From: Candidatus Fermentibacterota bacterium
GTDB taxonomy: Bacteria > Fermentibacterota > Fermentibacteria > Fermentibacterales > JCC-6
Length of the DNA stretch: 64,000 nt
Assembly (NCBI GenBank): GCA_963845085.1
Contig: CAWJQI010000005.1
Location: 64,502 to 128,501, forward strand
Direction of reading: 5' to 3'
The position numbers and the translations under genes are program-made. Of this stretch, positions 52,267 to 61,557 are shown piece after piece. Numbering within the stretch: position 1 is the first letter of the stretch; every line of letters begins with the position of its first letter. Under the pieces are notes generated by a model. It did no database searches, had not been told where the DNA came from, and worked only from the letters and a program-made list of their open reading frames with translations.

Positions 52267-52908
52267 CTATGGCTTGTCTCCGCTTGTCCAGTCGAGACCC
52301 ACCCAGAAACCCTCTTCCCACACCATTGAGCCGAAGGGGGAGGTGACCTCGGGCACTGCGAACACGCTCACCCTGCCAAGGTGTTCGGAATCACGGATAT
52401 CGCCCGAGATGCCGCCCACGGCGAGAAGCAGCCCAACAACCTCCTCGGGCCCAAGGGCTTCCATCAGATCGAAGGCGTCGAAGGTGAGGCCCAGGTCAAG
52501 CACGACAACCTCGCCGGATTCGGGAATGCCGAACTCTCCGGTGAAGAGCCCGGTTGCGACCTGGACGTTCGACACCTCCCCACCCTCGTCGGTGTCAAGG
52601 AATACGTCGTAATCAAGGCTGGCGAGCGTGAGTGGAAAACCATCCAGCCATTCGGAGGAGATATTCGGGTTCTTCACTCCAAGCCCCAGGGTCATGTCGA
52701 CCGGGCACTCGCCCTGCAGCCAGTAGAAGAGAACCTGGGCCGTCTGCTCGGCGCTCAGGCTTGAAAGCTCGTCGATGGGTATTCCGCAAACACTTGCTGA
52801 GCTTGTGTTTTCAACCCTGAAGCGGGCCCAGAGAAGGGCAAGGGGACCTGTCGCATCACAAGCGGATCCGACCAGAACAAGGACTGTGACGGCAGCAAGC
52901 AATTTCAT
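52267..52908 (-). CDS. hypothetical lipoprotein, LEA_2/WHy-like beta-sandwich
   Basis: Lipobox (LVLVGSACDA). The pattern LGLGVKNPNISSEWLDGFPLTLASLDYDVFLD resembles LEA14/NDR1-type domains. Confidence 0.45.
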   Translation of the reverse strand: MKLLAAVTVLVLVGSACDATGPLALLWARFRVENTSSASVCGIPIDELSSLSAEQTAQVLFYWLQGECPVDMTLGLGVKNPNISSEWLDGFPLTLASLDYDVFLDTDEGGEVSNVQVATGLFTGEFGIPESGEVVVLDLGLTFDAFDLMEALGPEEVVGLLLAVGGISGDIRDSEHLGRVSVFAVPEVTSPFGSMVWEEGFWVGLDWTSGDKP

Positions 52909-53387
52909 CAGTGACTACCCCCATCGTTGAAGAGCACGCCGTAAATCTCATCGGAAACATAGAGTGACAGCGCTTCCCCGGGATCGTTCATGAGCTTCCA
53001 CAGAGTCATCGAGAGCATGTCGGTCATGAAGGGTCGCTCCCCCTCGATGCGGACTATCTCCCCGTTGAAGCGGAACACAGTCACAGGACAGGCCGGGGAT
53101 GCCAGAACTCCGAAGCCGTTTCCGTCCCCGGAAACGAATACCAGGCGCTGCTCGCTGAGTTCCAGCTCCCTGCCGTCATCAGTGAGTCGCCAGGTCCCCG
53201 TCGCCCCCAGGATGCAGCTGAAACCGGGAGGAACATGGTAGTAGTACCGGCCGTCGGCGAAGAGGAACAGCGCTTCTCCGATTCCCGCGGGGATGCAGTC
53301 CACGGAGTGCCAGAACCCGACCATGTCGTTCGGGGTGACAGTGGAACCCGGTGATTGAAGGGCAAGGAAGAGAATCAGCACACCCAT
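52908..53387 (-). CDS. hypothetical exported protein
   Basis: It has an N-terminal hydrophobic leader and I recognise no domain. It abuts both neighbouring genes (its stop overlaps the next start by 1 nt at 52908; a 3-nt gap separates it from the gene ending at 53391). Confidence 0.4.
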   Translation of the reverse strand: MGVLILFLALQSPGSTVTPNDMVGFWHSVDCIPAGIGEALFLFADGRYYYHVPPGFSCILGATGTWRLTDDGRELELSEQRLVFVSGDGNGFGVLASPACPVTVFRFNGEIVRIEGERPFMTDMLSMTLWKLMNDPGEALSLYVSDEIYGVLFNDGGSH

Positions 53388-53390
53388 GGC

Positions 53391-54083
53391 CTAGATCTTT
53401 CCTGAGCGGACCGCAGCAGCCATTGACGGGTTTCCCGCTTGTTCGAGAGCAGCGGCGTATGCTTCAAGGGCATCGTTGTATTCGCGGGCGGTGATGCAGG
53501 CTCCGGGGATGGGATCACCCGGCCCGAGAATCTGATGGGCCGGCCGTCCCAGAAGGCCGATCGAAGCCCGGTCAACCGCCTGAAAGCACTCCACTCCCCC
53601 GCCGGATCGGGCACACCTGAACGCGGCGTCCAGAAAGCGCAGACAGAGCTCCCTGCCATTGGGCATGGCGCCGGGATACATGATCTCTTCCGAAGCAGCA
53701 GCAGCCCCTTCGAGATCGCCAAGGTCAAGAAGGCTGACGATCTCATCGTATTGGCCGGGGTAGGGGTCGACAACGCTGCTCCCGACGAGGGTCAGAACCG
53801 TTCCTGAAACGGCGTAGGAGGCGGTCACGTACACACTGCTGAACGGAAATTGCGATGTGACCTCGATTACTGATTCCTCCGGCAGAAACACAGCTGAAGA
53901 CTTGGCCGGGTTGAACCCGTACGGGAACTGCGCAAATCCCGTCACGGCAACCTCGCCGTCAGGCGAAAGGGCGAGCAGTGCTGTTCCATCCGGAAGCAAC
54001 TCGAACAGAAGAAACGCCTCGCCGTCAGGGTGGTCAATGACCGGAACGGCTGCGGCAACGACACACAGTGCTGCGAGAAACAT
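53391..54083 (-). CDS. hypothetical exported protein
   Basis: Start is taken at MFLAALCVVAAAVPV (54083), preceded by GGGAGG. The track's N-terminal extension overlaps tRNA-Gly. I recognise no domain. Confidence 0.45.
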   Translation of the reverse strand: MFLAALCVVAAAVPVIDHPDGEAFLLFELLPDGTALLALSPDGEVAVTGFAQFPYGFNPAKSSAVFLPEESVIEVTSQFPFSSVYVTASYAVSGTVLTLVGSSVVDPYPGQYDEIVSLLDLGDLEGAAAASEEIMYPGAMPNGRELCLRFLDAAFRCARSGGGVECFQAVDRASIGLLGRPAHQILGPGDPIPGACITAREYNDALEAYAAALEQAGNPSMAAAVRSGKI

Positions 54084-54144
54084 AAAAAAACCTCCCGGTC
54101 TGAGCCTTCGGGAGGAAAGATAGCAAAATCCCTGAAAAAAAGGG

Positions 54145-54220
<76 letters not shown>

Positions 54221-54273
54221 TCCGCAATCAACGGGGGGTTATATGCGCCCGACGCCGGGGCCTGTCAAGACCC

Positions 54274-54735
54274 TTACCTCTCCACAATCCAGGCGTCGGC
54301 GTACCCCAGGGCCCTTATCGAAGCCTGAAGGGCGGCGGCCTGCTCCCTGCTGCCGAATGATCCCACGCGCACCTTGTGATATGCACCTTCAACATCGATG
54401 AAGACCTGCTGCTCGAGCAGTCCGCGCAAATCGCCCGCAACACCTTCGGCGGCTTCCTGCGAGGCGCAGGCTGCAACCTGTACGCTGAACATGCCCGCCC
54501 GGTCCGCAGTGTCGTTTACGTCGGCTTCGGAGACCCCTCCCGGGACGGCAATCGTGACGATCTCGCCAAAACCGGCGAAAGGATCCCCGCCGTATGCCGG
54601 AGGGTCTCCGTAAGGATCCGCCGCCACGGCTGGTGTGGGCGTCTCCCCGTCGGTCTGCCCTCTCTCGGGCTGCGCGGTGCTGCTTCCGCAGCCTGCGACG
54701 ACCAGAAGCAACGATAGGAACAGCACCCTAGTCAT
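54274..54735 (-). CDS. SPOR-domain lipoprotein (peptidoglycan-binding)
   Basis: Lipobox (LLLVVAGCGSS). C-terminal SPOR domain (FSVQVAACASQEAAEGVAGDLR...YHKVRVGSFGSREQAAALQASIRALGYADAWIV). Confidence 0.75.
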   Translation of the reverse strand: MTRVLFLSLLLVVAGCGSSTAQPERGQTDGETPTPAVAADPYGDPPAYGGDPFAGFGEIVTIAVPGGVSEADVNDTADRAGMFSVQVAACASQEAAEGVAGDLRGLLEQQVFIDVEGAYHKVRVGSFGSREQAAALQASIRALGYADAWIVER

Positions 54736-55660
54736 TTCCAACCTCCGCAGCCAGTATGAACGCATCAAGCAGGGGCAGCATCAGTTCATGGTGCCCCGTA
54801 ATGCTGAGGGCAGTGCCCCCGAGGGCGGACACCGGTCTCGAAAGAACGTTGTTCATGGGACGGTACTGGCGGATCATGTCGAAGTCTGCGCAGGTAATGT
54901 TTCTCACCCGGAAGCCGAGGTTCATTGCGCAGGTCAGCGCCTTCAGGAAAACCTCGGGCATCACGACCGCGCTGCCGGCATTGACCACGACGCCTCCGCC
55001 CAGTGAGCCGACGACCGTCCCGAATCTGTCGAAGTCCTTCTCTGCGGAAGCCCCGAGCTTCGCCCACGAAACGAATGGGTGGGGGTGAACGATGTCACAC
55101 CCGAGACTGGGATGGACGGTGGCCGGAATTCCGATTTTGGCGGCAAGAGCCATCGGGCTGGTCTCGGGGTTGCCGCCGTTAGCGAGTATTTCCCTGCCCA
55201 CACCGGCGCCGAGCCCTTCATGGTCACGAAGCGCAGCGGCATAATGCAGGCCTGTTTCCCGCCACATGCCGAAGCTGCCGTCGGCGATCCCCTGCTGCAC
55301 ATCCTCGGAAGTCTGGCCGTGCAGAGCAAGTTCAAGATCATGGATTGAACCCGCACCGTTTGTTGCGATGGCGGTAAAGACACCCTTCCTGAGCCAGCGG
55401 CACACGAGCGGGCCGAGGCCGCACTTGATGACATGGCCGCCGTACATGAGAAGCCGCCCCGAACCGTTTCTGCGGGCATTCACAAGCGCTTCGGCAAGTG
55501 TTCTCATTGAACGGACGGCGAGGACGTCGGGAAGCAGCCCGACGAAATCCCGGAGTGATGTTTCCCCGCTCCAGGCTCCGGTCAGGGTTCCAGGTCCGAC
55601 CTTGGAAACCCTTCCGTCAAGGCTTTCAAGCTCAAGCCTCTCCCTGTGGAATTCCGGCAT
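54728..55660 (-). CDS. deoxyhypusine-synthase-like (DHS-like NAD-binding fold) family protein, tentative
   Basis: GGHVIKCGLGPLVCRWLRKGVFTAIATNGAGSIHDLELAL...DGSFGMWRETG recalls bacterial DHS-family proteins. The call rests on my memory of the family only. Confidence 0.4.
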   Translation of the reverse strand: MPEFHRERLELESLDGRVSKVGPGTLTGAWSGETSLRDFVGLLPDVLAVRSMRTLAEALVNARRNGSGRLLMYGGHVIKCGLGPLVCRWLRKGVFTAIATNGAGSIHDLELALHGQTSEDVQQGIADGSFGMWRETGLHYAAALRDHEGLGAGVGREILANGGNPETSPMALAAKIGIPATVHPSLGCDIVHPHPFVSWAKLGASAEKDFDRFGTVVGSLGGGVVVNAGSAVVMPEVFLKALTCAMNLGFRVRNITCADFDMIRQYRPMNNVLSRPVSALGGTALSITGHHELMLPLLDAFILAAEVGND

Positions 55661-56375
55661 ACTTCACCTCCACAAGAGTGAGTCCGGCCGCCGGAAGCGA
55701 CGGTCCTGCGCTGACCCACTGCCTTCCTTCGAGGATGTCGCGGACAACCGAAGGCGAAAGCCTTCCCAGGCCGATCCTGAACAGCGTGCCAGCCCAGATC
55801 CTCACCACTCCCCGAAGAAATCTGTCGGAACTGATGTGCATCGTCCACCCTTCATCGTCCTCAGTGACACAAGCCGCAGTCACGCTCATCATCCAGCCGG
55901 TATTGCCGCCTCCGGTTTTTGCAAAGCCGCGCCAGTCAGACCTTCCGACAGACAGGGCAGCGGCCCTGTTCATGCCCGCGGTGTCGAGAATGACGCCAGG
56001 CTGGTACTCCATTCTCGCCCTTAGAGGGCTTTTTGTCCGGCCGATCCTGTAGATGTAGGAACGCTCCACGGCGTCGAACCTGGCATTGAAGGAATCGTCA
56101 ACCGGAACCCAGCGCAGAAGGGATACATCACGCGGCAGGATTCTGGAAAGGGCGGCCAGCCGCTCATCGCCCCGGTCAAGATCGAGATGCGCCGGCATGG
56201 CAACGGCATGAACCCCCGAATCGGTCCGTCCGGCGCCTGTCACGGGAACCCTGGTTCCGGTGATCCTCTCCAGACAACGCTCGACCTCGCCCTGCACGGT
56301 TCTTTCCCCGGGCTGGTACTGGAAGCCCCTGAAGTCGGTTCCATCGTACTCGAGATGGATCAGGTACCTCGGCAT
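55632..56375 (-). CDS. truA: tRNA pseudouridine(38-40) synthase TruA
   Basis: MPRYLIHLEYDGTDFRGFQYQPG.RTVQGE...GAGRTDSGVHA contains the catalytic Asp motif. Start is taken at 56375. Confidence 0.9.
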   Translation of the reverse strand: MPRYLIHLEYDGTDFRGFQYQPGERTVQGEVERCLERITGTRVPVTGAGRTDSGVHAVAMPAHLDLDRGDERLAALSRILPRDVSLLRWVPVDDSFNARFDAVERSYIYRIGRTKSPLRARMEYQPGVILDTAGMNRAAALSVGRSDWRGFAKTGGGNTGWMMSVTAACVTEDDEGWTMHISSDRFLRGVVRIWAGTLFRIGLGRLSPSVVRDILEGRQWVSAGPSLPAAGLTLVEVKYAGIPQGEA

Positions 56376-56385
56376 GCAGGGCCCT

Positions 56386-56958
56386 TCACAGGAATCCCGC
56401 CACGGAGAGGGAGAGCATCGCCCATCCAAGGCCCGCCGTGACGGTTGCGAGCGCGGAGATCTCAACGGACCTCTCTTCCGGAAGAGCCTCGTTCAGAACA
56501 CGCCCGGCGACAAGGGCCATCCTGTCGAACACCGATCCCCTGCCCCGGGTCTCGGACCAGGCGAGACGGGTCAGCGCGGCGCATGGCCCTGCAAGCTGAA
56601 GCGTGACAACAACAGGATCCAGGGGTCTTCGCAGAAATGGCACCCGTTCGATAACGCCCCGAAGCACAAGAGCGGCCCCCCCGGTTCCGAGAACCCAGGC
56701 GAAATAGGTACCGCACGCGGCGGCCGCGATCCATCTGAGCGACGGAATGACAGCCTCAGGGGAATCAAGAAGCGCCCAGCAGAGTGAGGCTGCAGGCGGC
56801 AGGGTCAGTGCGGCAAGGCGCCTTGCGTACGCTGCTCCACCCGTTGCAAGCCCGACTACGGGAAACAGCGCGAACATGTACAGGCTGGCGGGCCTGGAAA
56901 CAAAGGCGGCGAGCGGAGTGCCGGCAAGCGCGGCGAATACGACAAGAGCCCTGTTCAT
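56386..56958 (-). CDS. hypothetical integral membrane protein
   Basis: It has multiple hydrophobic segments and no confident family assignment. It is tightly packed between rluD and truA. Confidence 0.4.
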   Translation of the reverse strand: MNRALVVFAALAGTPLAAFVSRPASLYMFALFPVVGLATGGAAYARRLAALTLPPAASLCWALLDSPEAVIPSLRWIAAAACGTYFAWVLGTGGAALVLRGVIERVPFLRRPLDPVVVTLQLAGPCAALTRLAWSETRGRGSVFDRMALVAGRVLNEALPEERSVEISALATVTAGLGWAMLSLSVAGFL

Positions 56959-57938
56959 TGAGTGTTTTCCATGTCGCGGGAGAGAAGCCGTTGGACGAAG
57001 TGGAACTCGGACGGGGGGGCCGCGTTGAACTCCATCTCCTCGCCGGTGACGGGATGGATGAAGCCCAGTGTTTCAGCATGCAGCATATGGTGTCCGGCCA
57101 GTCTGATAACGTCCGAGACGAGCTCGCGGTCAGCCTTCACCGATGAATGGGCCGCCGGCTTCATTCCGCCGTACTTCAGATCGGCGATCACCGGGCATCC
57201 CATGCAGGTGGCCCCGTGAACCCTGATCTGGTGGGTGCGGCCGGTCTCAAGGCGGAACTCGATCAGGTCGGAGAACCGGAAGGTCTTCATCACCCGGAAG
57301 TTCGTAACGGCCCGCCTGCCGCCGACAACAACGGCCATCTTCTGCCGGTTGATAGGATGACGGCCTATGGGAGCGTCGATCCTGCCCTGGGGGGTTGCGG
57401 GATGATTCCAGCACAGGGCAAGGTAGCGCCGCTTCACGCTTCTCGATGACAGCTGGGCGGAGAGCCCGCGGTGCGAAACATCGCTTTTTGCAGCCACAAG
57501 GAGGCCTGTAGTGTCCTTGTCGAGCCTGTGAACTATCCCGGGGCGAAGTTCGCCGCTGATACCTGACAGACTTTTACAGTGGAACAAAAGGGCGTTCACA
57601 AGCGTTCCGCTCCTGGCGAATGCCGTGGGGTGGACCACGAATCCGGGCTGCTTGTTGATAACGATCAGGTGCTCGTCTTCGTAGACGACGTCAAGCGGGA
57701 TGTCTTCCGGGGAAAGCTCTATGGGTTCGGGATCGGGAACGCCGAGGTAAACGGTCCAGCCGGAGTGAAGCCTGGTTGAGGGCTTGGTGCTCGCCAGGCC
57801 CTCAACCTCAACATGACCATTCCGAATAAGGGTGTTTATGTAGCTTCGGCTCTGGTCCACATCCTCCTGGCTCACAAGAAAGCTGTCGAGCCGGACCCCA
57901 TCATCCTCGTCTTCGACCGGAAAGCAGAGTCTCGCCAA
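56955..57938 (-). CDS. rluD: RluA-family 23S rRNA pseudouridine synthase (RluD-like)
   Basis: An N-terminal S4-like domain (RLDSFLV...SRSYINTLIRNGHVEV) and the catalytic motif HRLDKDTTGLLVAAK. Confidence 0.85.
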   Translation of the reverse strand: MARLCFPVEDEDDGVRLDSFLVSQEDVDQSRSYINTLIRNGHVEVEGLASTKPSTRLHSGWTVYLGVPDPEPIELSPEDIPLDVVYEDEHLIVINKQPGFVVHPTAFARSGTLVNALLFHCKSLSGISGELRPGIVHRLDKDTTGLLVAAKSDVSHRGLSAQLSSRSVKRRYLALCWNHPATPQGRIDAPIGRHPINRQKMAVVVGGRRAVTNFRVMKTFRFSDLIEFRLETGRTHQIRVHGATCMGCPVIADLKYGGMKPAAHSSVKADRELVSDVIRLAGHHMLHAETLGFIHPVTGEEMEFNAAPPSEFHFVQRLLSRDMENTQ

Positions 57939-58406
57939 CTACTGGGTGCGAAGAATGAGATGGAAGCCGAACTGGGTCTCGACAACTCCGGACATTTCGC
58001 CGACTTCGAGACTGAATGCGGCCTGCTCGAAAGCGGGAACCATTGCCCCCCTGCCGAAGACTCCCAGGGCTCCGCCGTCCTGACCGGAAGGGCAGTCGGA
58101 GTATTCGCTCGCGGCCTCGGCAAACGTTATCTCACCGGCCGTGATCCTGTTCTGGATGTCGGTGATGAGGGTCCGGGCTTCTTCAGTGGTTCTTTCGACG
58201 CCCTGGACCTGGCTTCCGGCATAGCTGATGAGGATATGGCTTGCGCCTACTGAAGTCACTTCCTGAACCTCCGTGCTGGTGGTGTCCGGCACTTCAACCG
58301 GTATGTCTTCGACCGGTGGCTGAAGCGCCTCTCCGGGGGTCGGGTCTTCACCGCAGGCAGCGGACAGGAGCACCACCGCCATAACGAAAGGAATCAATAC
58401 CTTCAC
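57939..58406 (-). CDS. parvulin-type peptidyl-prolyl cis-trans isomerase lipoprotein
   Basis: Lipobox (VVLLSAACGE). PpiC domain (ASHILISY...YSDCPSGQDGGALGVFGRGAMVPAFEQAAF...GFHLILR). Confidence 0.8.
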   Translation of the reverse strand: MKVLIPFVMAVVLLSAACGEDPTPGEALQPPVEDIPVEVPDTTSTEVQEVTSVGASHILISYAGSQVQGVERTTEEARTLITDIQNRITAGEITFAEAASEYSDCPSGQDGGALGVFGRGAMVPAFEQAAFSLEVGEMSGVVETQFGFHLILRTQ

Positions 58407-58555
58407 GGGTCCCTCCTCTGTTTTTTCGTGTGGGAACGAAATTCCAGGGGAAATATACCGTCCCGGGCCCGGGTGTTGACAGGGGTCAAGGCCATTACCG
58501 ATACTACTAAAGTATATGGTGTGTTTTTTCGTGCAGACCGGAAAGGGGTGCGCCG

Positions 58556-59764
58556 TTGGAACGGGACATGGTTTTTGCGTCGAGAACCCGGGGAATGAAA
58601 AGATCGGTCATCAGGGAACTTCTCAAACTCACCAGCAAACCTGAGGTGATCAGCTTCGCTGGAGGACTGCCATCCCCAAGAACATTTCCCGTCGAGGCCG
58701 TGAGGAGCGCCGTACAGCAGGTGCTCGACAAATCGGCCGACCTTGCACTCCAGTACGGCTCAACCGAGGGCGACAACAACCTCCGGAAGGAACTCGCCCG
58801 CGTGATGCAGGCCGATGGGATAAATGCCGACCCTGAGCACATCCTTGTTACCACTGCCAGCCAGCAGGGGCTTGATCTGATCGCGAAGATATTCCTCGAT
58901 CCGGGAGACACGTGCGTCTGCGGGCTGCCCACGTATCTCGGAGGACTTCAGGCGATAAGAAGCTACGAGGGTGTACCTGTCGGCACCCCCCTGGATGACC
59001 ATGGCATGATCCCCGAGGAGCTCGAGAAAACACTGGACCGTCTCGAGGGCGAAAACAGAAGGCCCCGGTTCCTGTACATAATTCCCGACTTCCAGAACCC
59101 TGCCGGGGTGACCATACCCGAGGAGAGAAGAAGGAAGATCGTCGCGATCGCACGGGCACGCGACTACATCATCATCGAAGACACACCCTACAGGCAGATC
59201 CGCTTCACGGGCGAGCATCAGCCAACGTTCCAGAGCCTTGCCCCGGAAAGGGTTATCTCCCTTTACACCTTCAGCAAGATCATGCTGCCGGGCTTCAGGC
59301 TCGGCTGGGCCTACGGACCCGACTGGATCGTGGACAAGATGGTCATGGCAAAACAGTCGGCAGACCTCTGCACAACGCCCTTCTGCCAGGCTATCGCGGC
59401 AAGGATGCTCCAGGACGGGGTTCTGGAGAGAGGCCTTGCCGAGACCATAAAGCTTTACAGGCACCGCTGCGGTCTGATGCTTCAGGAGCTCGACAAGAAT
59501 CTCTCCGGGCTTCCGGGCGTTCACTGGACCAGACCCGAAGGCGGCCTTTTCCTCTGGCTCACCCTTCCGAAGGGCAACAACACCACCGAGCTCTTCAAGA
59601 AGGCCATTGAGAAGAACGTGGCGTATGTGCCCGGAAGCGCCTTCTACCCGGAGGGTGACGACCACACCGGCATGAGGCTCAACTTCAGCTATTCCGACGA
59701 CGAAAAAACGGTTGAGGGAGTCAAGCGGCTGAGTGCCCTCATCAGGGAGGCGATCGGGAGGTAG
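58556..59764 (+). CDS. PLP-dependent aminotransferase, class I/II (2-aminoadipate/aromatic aminotransferase-like)
   Basis: KRSVIRELLKL...ISFAGGLP, FLYIIPDFQNPAG, YTFSKIMLPGFRLGW (PLP Lys), and RLNFSY. The start is either TTG at 58556 or ATG at 58568. Confidence 0.85.
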   Translation: MERDMVFASRTRGMKRSVIRELLKLTSKPEVISFAGGLPSPRTFPVEAVRSAVQQVLDKSADLALQYGSTEGDNNLRKELARVMQADGINADPEHILVTTASQQGLDLIAKIFLDPGDTCVCGLPTYLGGLQAIRSYEGVPVGTPLDDHGMIPEELEKTLDRLEGENRRPRFLYIIPDFQNPAGVTIPEERRRKIVAIARARDYIIIEDTPYRQIRFTGEHQPTFQSLAPERVISLYTFSKIMLPGFRLGWAYGPDWIVDKMVMAKQSADLCTTPFCQAIAARMLQDGVLERGLAETIKLYRHRCGLMLQELDKNLSGLPGVHWTRPEGGLFLWLTLPKGNNTTELFKKAIEKNVAYVPGSAFYPEGDDHTGMRLNFSYSDDEKTVEGVKRLSALIREAIGR

Positions 59765-59784
59765 ACTCCCAGGAAAGGACACCT

Positions 59785-60747
59785 GTGAACACCTCGACGA
59801 TTTACATGGGAATGAGGCTGCGTAACCCGGTAATCGTGGCCAGCAGCGGCCTCACCTCGACTCCGGAAAAGGTCAGGGCGTGTGCTGACGCAGGAGCGGG
59901 CGCCGTGGTTCTGAAGTCAATTTTCGAGGAACAGATCGAGCGGGACCTTGGGATGATGTCGGGGGCTTCATGGTACCCCGAAGCCGCCGACTACATCGGC
60001 AGGTACGGCATGGATGACGCTGTGAGGCATTACCTCGGCCTCTTCACCGAATCATCTGGACAGGTGGACATCCCGGTCATTCCAAGCATTCATTGCTTCG
60101 GATCCGGCAAGTGGGTCGAGTTCGCGGCCAGGCTCGAGGATGCGGGCGCTCCGGCCATCGAGCTCAACGCATTCATCCTCCCCTCCGATCCCCGGAAGAC
60201 TGGAAGGGAAAACGAGCAGGTACTTCTCGACATCCTCACCGGGATCAAGAAGTTCGTTTCCATTCCGGTCGCCGTCAAGATCGGCAGCCACTTCTCCAGC
60301 CTTCCCACCTTCGCCCGCGAGTTGGAGGGGGCAGGCGCGAGCGCCCTCGTGGTCTTCAACCGTTTCTACATGCTGGATATCGACATAGACAGGATGGAGA
60401 TCATCCCGGGCACCAATTTCAGCAGCCCGCACGAGGTCCAGATGGTCACCCGCTGGATTTCCATCCTCCACCCGATCCTCAAATGCGATCTTGCCGCCAC
60501 GACGGGCGTGCATGACGGCGCAGGGTTGGTGAAGCAGATACTTGCGGGAGCAAGGGCGGTGCAGGTTTCGAGCACGCTTTACAAAAACGGCCTCGGCACT
60601 ATCGGTGCAATGCTCTCGTTCCTTCTTGACTGGATGAAGAGGCACGGCCACTCCTCCATCGACAGCTTCGTCGGACAGATGGCCGCCACCTCGAACCCGG
60701 CTGAATTCCTGCGGGTTCAGTTCATGAAGGTTTCAGTGGGCGAGTAG
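59785..60747 (+). CDS. dihydroorotate-dehydrogenase-like TIM-barrel flavoprotein
   Basis: GMRLRNPVIVASSGLT...GAGAVVLKSI...IELNAF...VAVKI...ATTGV matches the class 1 DHOD-like family. It has a GTG start after GGAAAGGA. Confidence 0.8.
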   Translation: MNTSTIYMGMRLRNPVIVASSGLTSTPEKVRACADAGAGAVVLKSIFEEQIERDLGMMSGASWYPEAADYIGRYGMDDAVRHYLGLFTESSGQVDIPVIPSIHCFGSGKWVEFAARLEDAGAPAIELNAFILPSDPRKTGRENEQVLLDILTGIKKFVSIPVAVKIGSHFSSLPTFARELEGAGASALVVFNRFYMLDIDIDRMEIIPGTNFSSPHEVQMVTRWISILHPILKCDLAATTGVHDGAGLVKQILAGARAVQVSSTLYKNGLGTIGAMLSFLLDWMKRHGHSSIDSFVGQMAATSNPAEFLRVQFMKVSVGE

Positions 60748-60758
60748 AACCGGTTGCT

Positions 60759-60793
60759 CCGGCTTCAGGCGGTGACCCGCCTGAAGCCGGTTT
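60759..60793. terminator. bidirectional terminator hairpin between convergent genes
   Basis: A perfect 14-bp stem, CCGGCTTCAGGCGG-TGAC-CCGCCTGAAGCCGG, followed by TTT. Confidence 0.7.
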
Positions 60794-60805
60794 CCCGATG
60801 GAAGG

Positions 60806-61060
60806 CTACCTGCCGCAGCCTCCGCAGCCGCGCATCCCCTGTCCCGCCACACAGGTGGGGGGTTCGGATGAGTCGGCAATGCAGTCACATGCGCATTCCC
60901 CTGAACCGTCAACGGCACAGGTGCAGTCGCATTCGCAGGTTTCCCCGCAGGCGCATTCGTCACCACAGCTGCATGCAGATGCCCCGTTCCCGCTTCCGTC
61001 GCCCGGAAGGGCGAACAGCAGACCGGCCAGCAGCAATGCAGCCAACGCGAGCTTTTTCAC
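60806..61060 (-). CDS. exported CxC-rich, acidic mini-protein (metallothionein-like)
   Basis: GTG start 5 nt after AAAGGAG. Signal peptide MKKLALAALLLAGLLFALPG. The remaining roughly 64 aa have 14 Cys arranged as CSC, CAC, CECDCTC, CACDC and CGGC among Asp/Glu/Gly. Confidence 0.6.
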   Translation of the reverse strand: MKKLALAALLLAGLLFALPGDGSGNGASACSCGDECACGETCECDCTCAVDGSGECACDCIADSSEPPTCVAGQGMRGCGGCGR

Positions 61061-61131
61061 TTCAACTCCTTTCGGTTGTTTCGTCCGAACAAATAAGTAT
61101 ACAATTTTGGTAGGAAATAGTTCCAGACAGA

Positions 61132-61155
61132 GGGGGCGCCATGAAATGCGCCCCC
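61132..61155 (-). terminator. GC-rich hairpin after the 61166-61549 gene (weak U tract)
   Basis: GGGGGCGC with an 8-nt loop, then GCGCCCCC. On the minus strand it is followed by TCTGTCTGG. Confidence 0.4.
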
Positions 61156-61165
61156 CATGCTGTTC

Positions 61166-61549
61166 CTACTTGAAAAGGAGCTTCGTTTCCTCCTTCATCA
61201 GCGTGACCAGTGTGAAGATGCCGAGGATCGTGCCGAATGGCATGAAGATGCACTCGACTCCGGCCATGACGAGGCAGAAGCCGTGTTTCCTCCTCCGCCT
61301 CAGGTTTCTTCCCGCCGAGATGATGAAACCGGCCAGCGTCCATCCAGCCAGAACGATCAATGCCGAGAACCCGGCGAAAGCCCAGCCCATGAGCTCGGGC
61401 GGGGCGGTCTTTCCGTCCATTTGTCCCGTGGCCATTGCGATGCCTATGGCCAGGTGGACGAGAAAGATCGAGGCCCCGAGGATCGTGAGCCCCCCGATTA
61501 CGTAATGGAACACGCCCAGCAGATCAAGAACATCTTCATCCTGTTTCAT
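61166..61549 (-). CDS. hypothetical four-TM membrane protein
   Basis: MKQDEDVLDLLGVFHYVIGGLTILGASIFLVHLAIGIAM... contains hydrophobic helices. I recognise no catalytic motif. Confidence 0.5.
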   Translation of the reverse strand: MKQDEDVLDLLGVFHYVIGGLTILGASIFLVHLAIGIAMATGQMDGKTAPPELMGWAFAGFSALIVLAGWTLAGFIISAGRNLRRRRKHGFCLVMAGVECIFMPFGTILGIFTLVTLMKEETKLLFK

Positions 61550-61557
61550 TCCGCCTC

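Noticed and set aside
60798-61505. The 235-aa plus-strand ORF spanning the Cys-rich gene and the membrane-protein gene.
   Set aside because: It is antisense to two minus-strand genes that have RBSs, a signal peptide or TM helices. Its sequence is low-complexity and rich in Pro, Ser and His.
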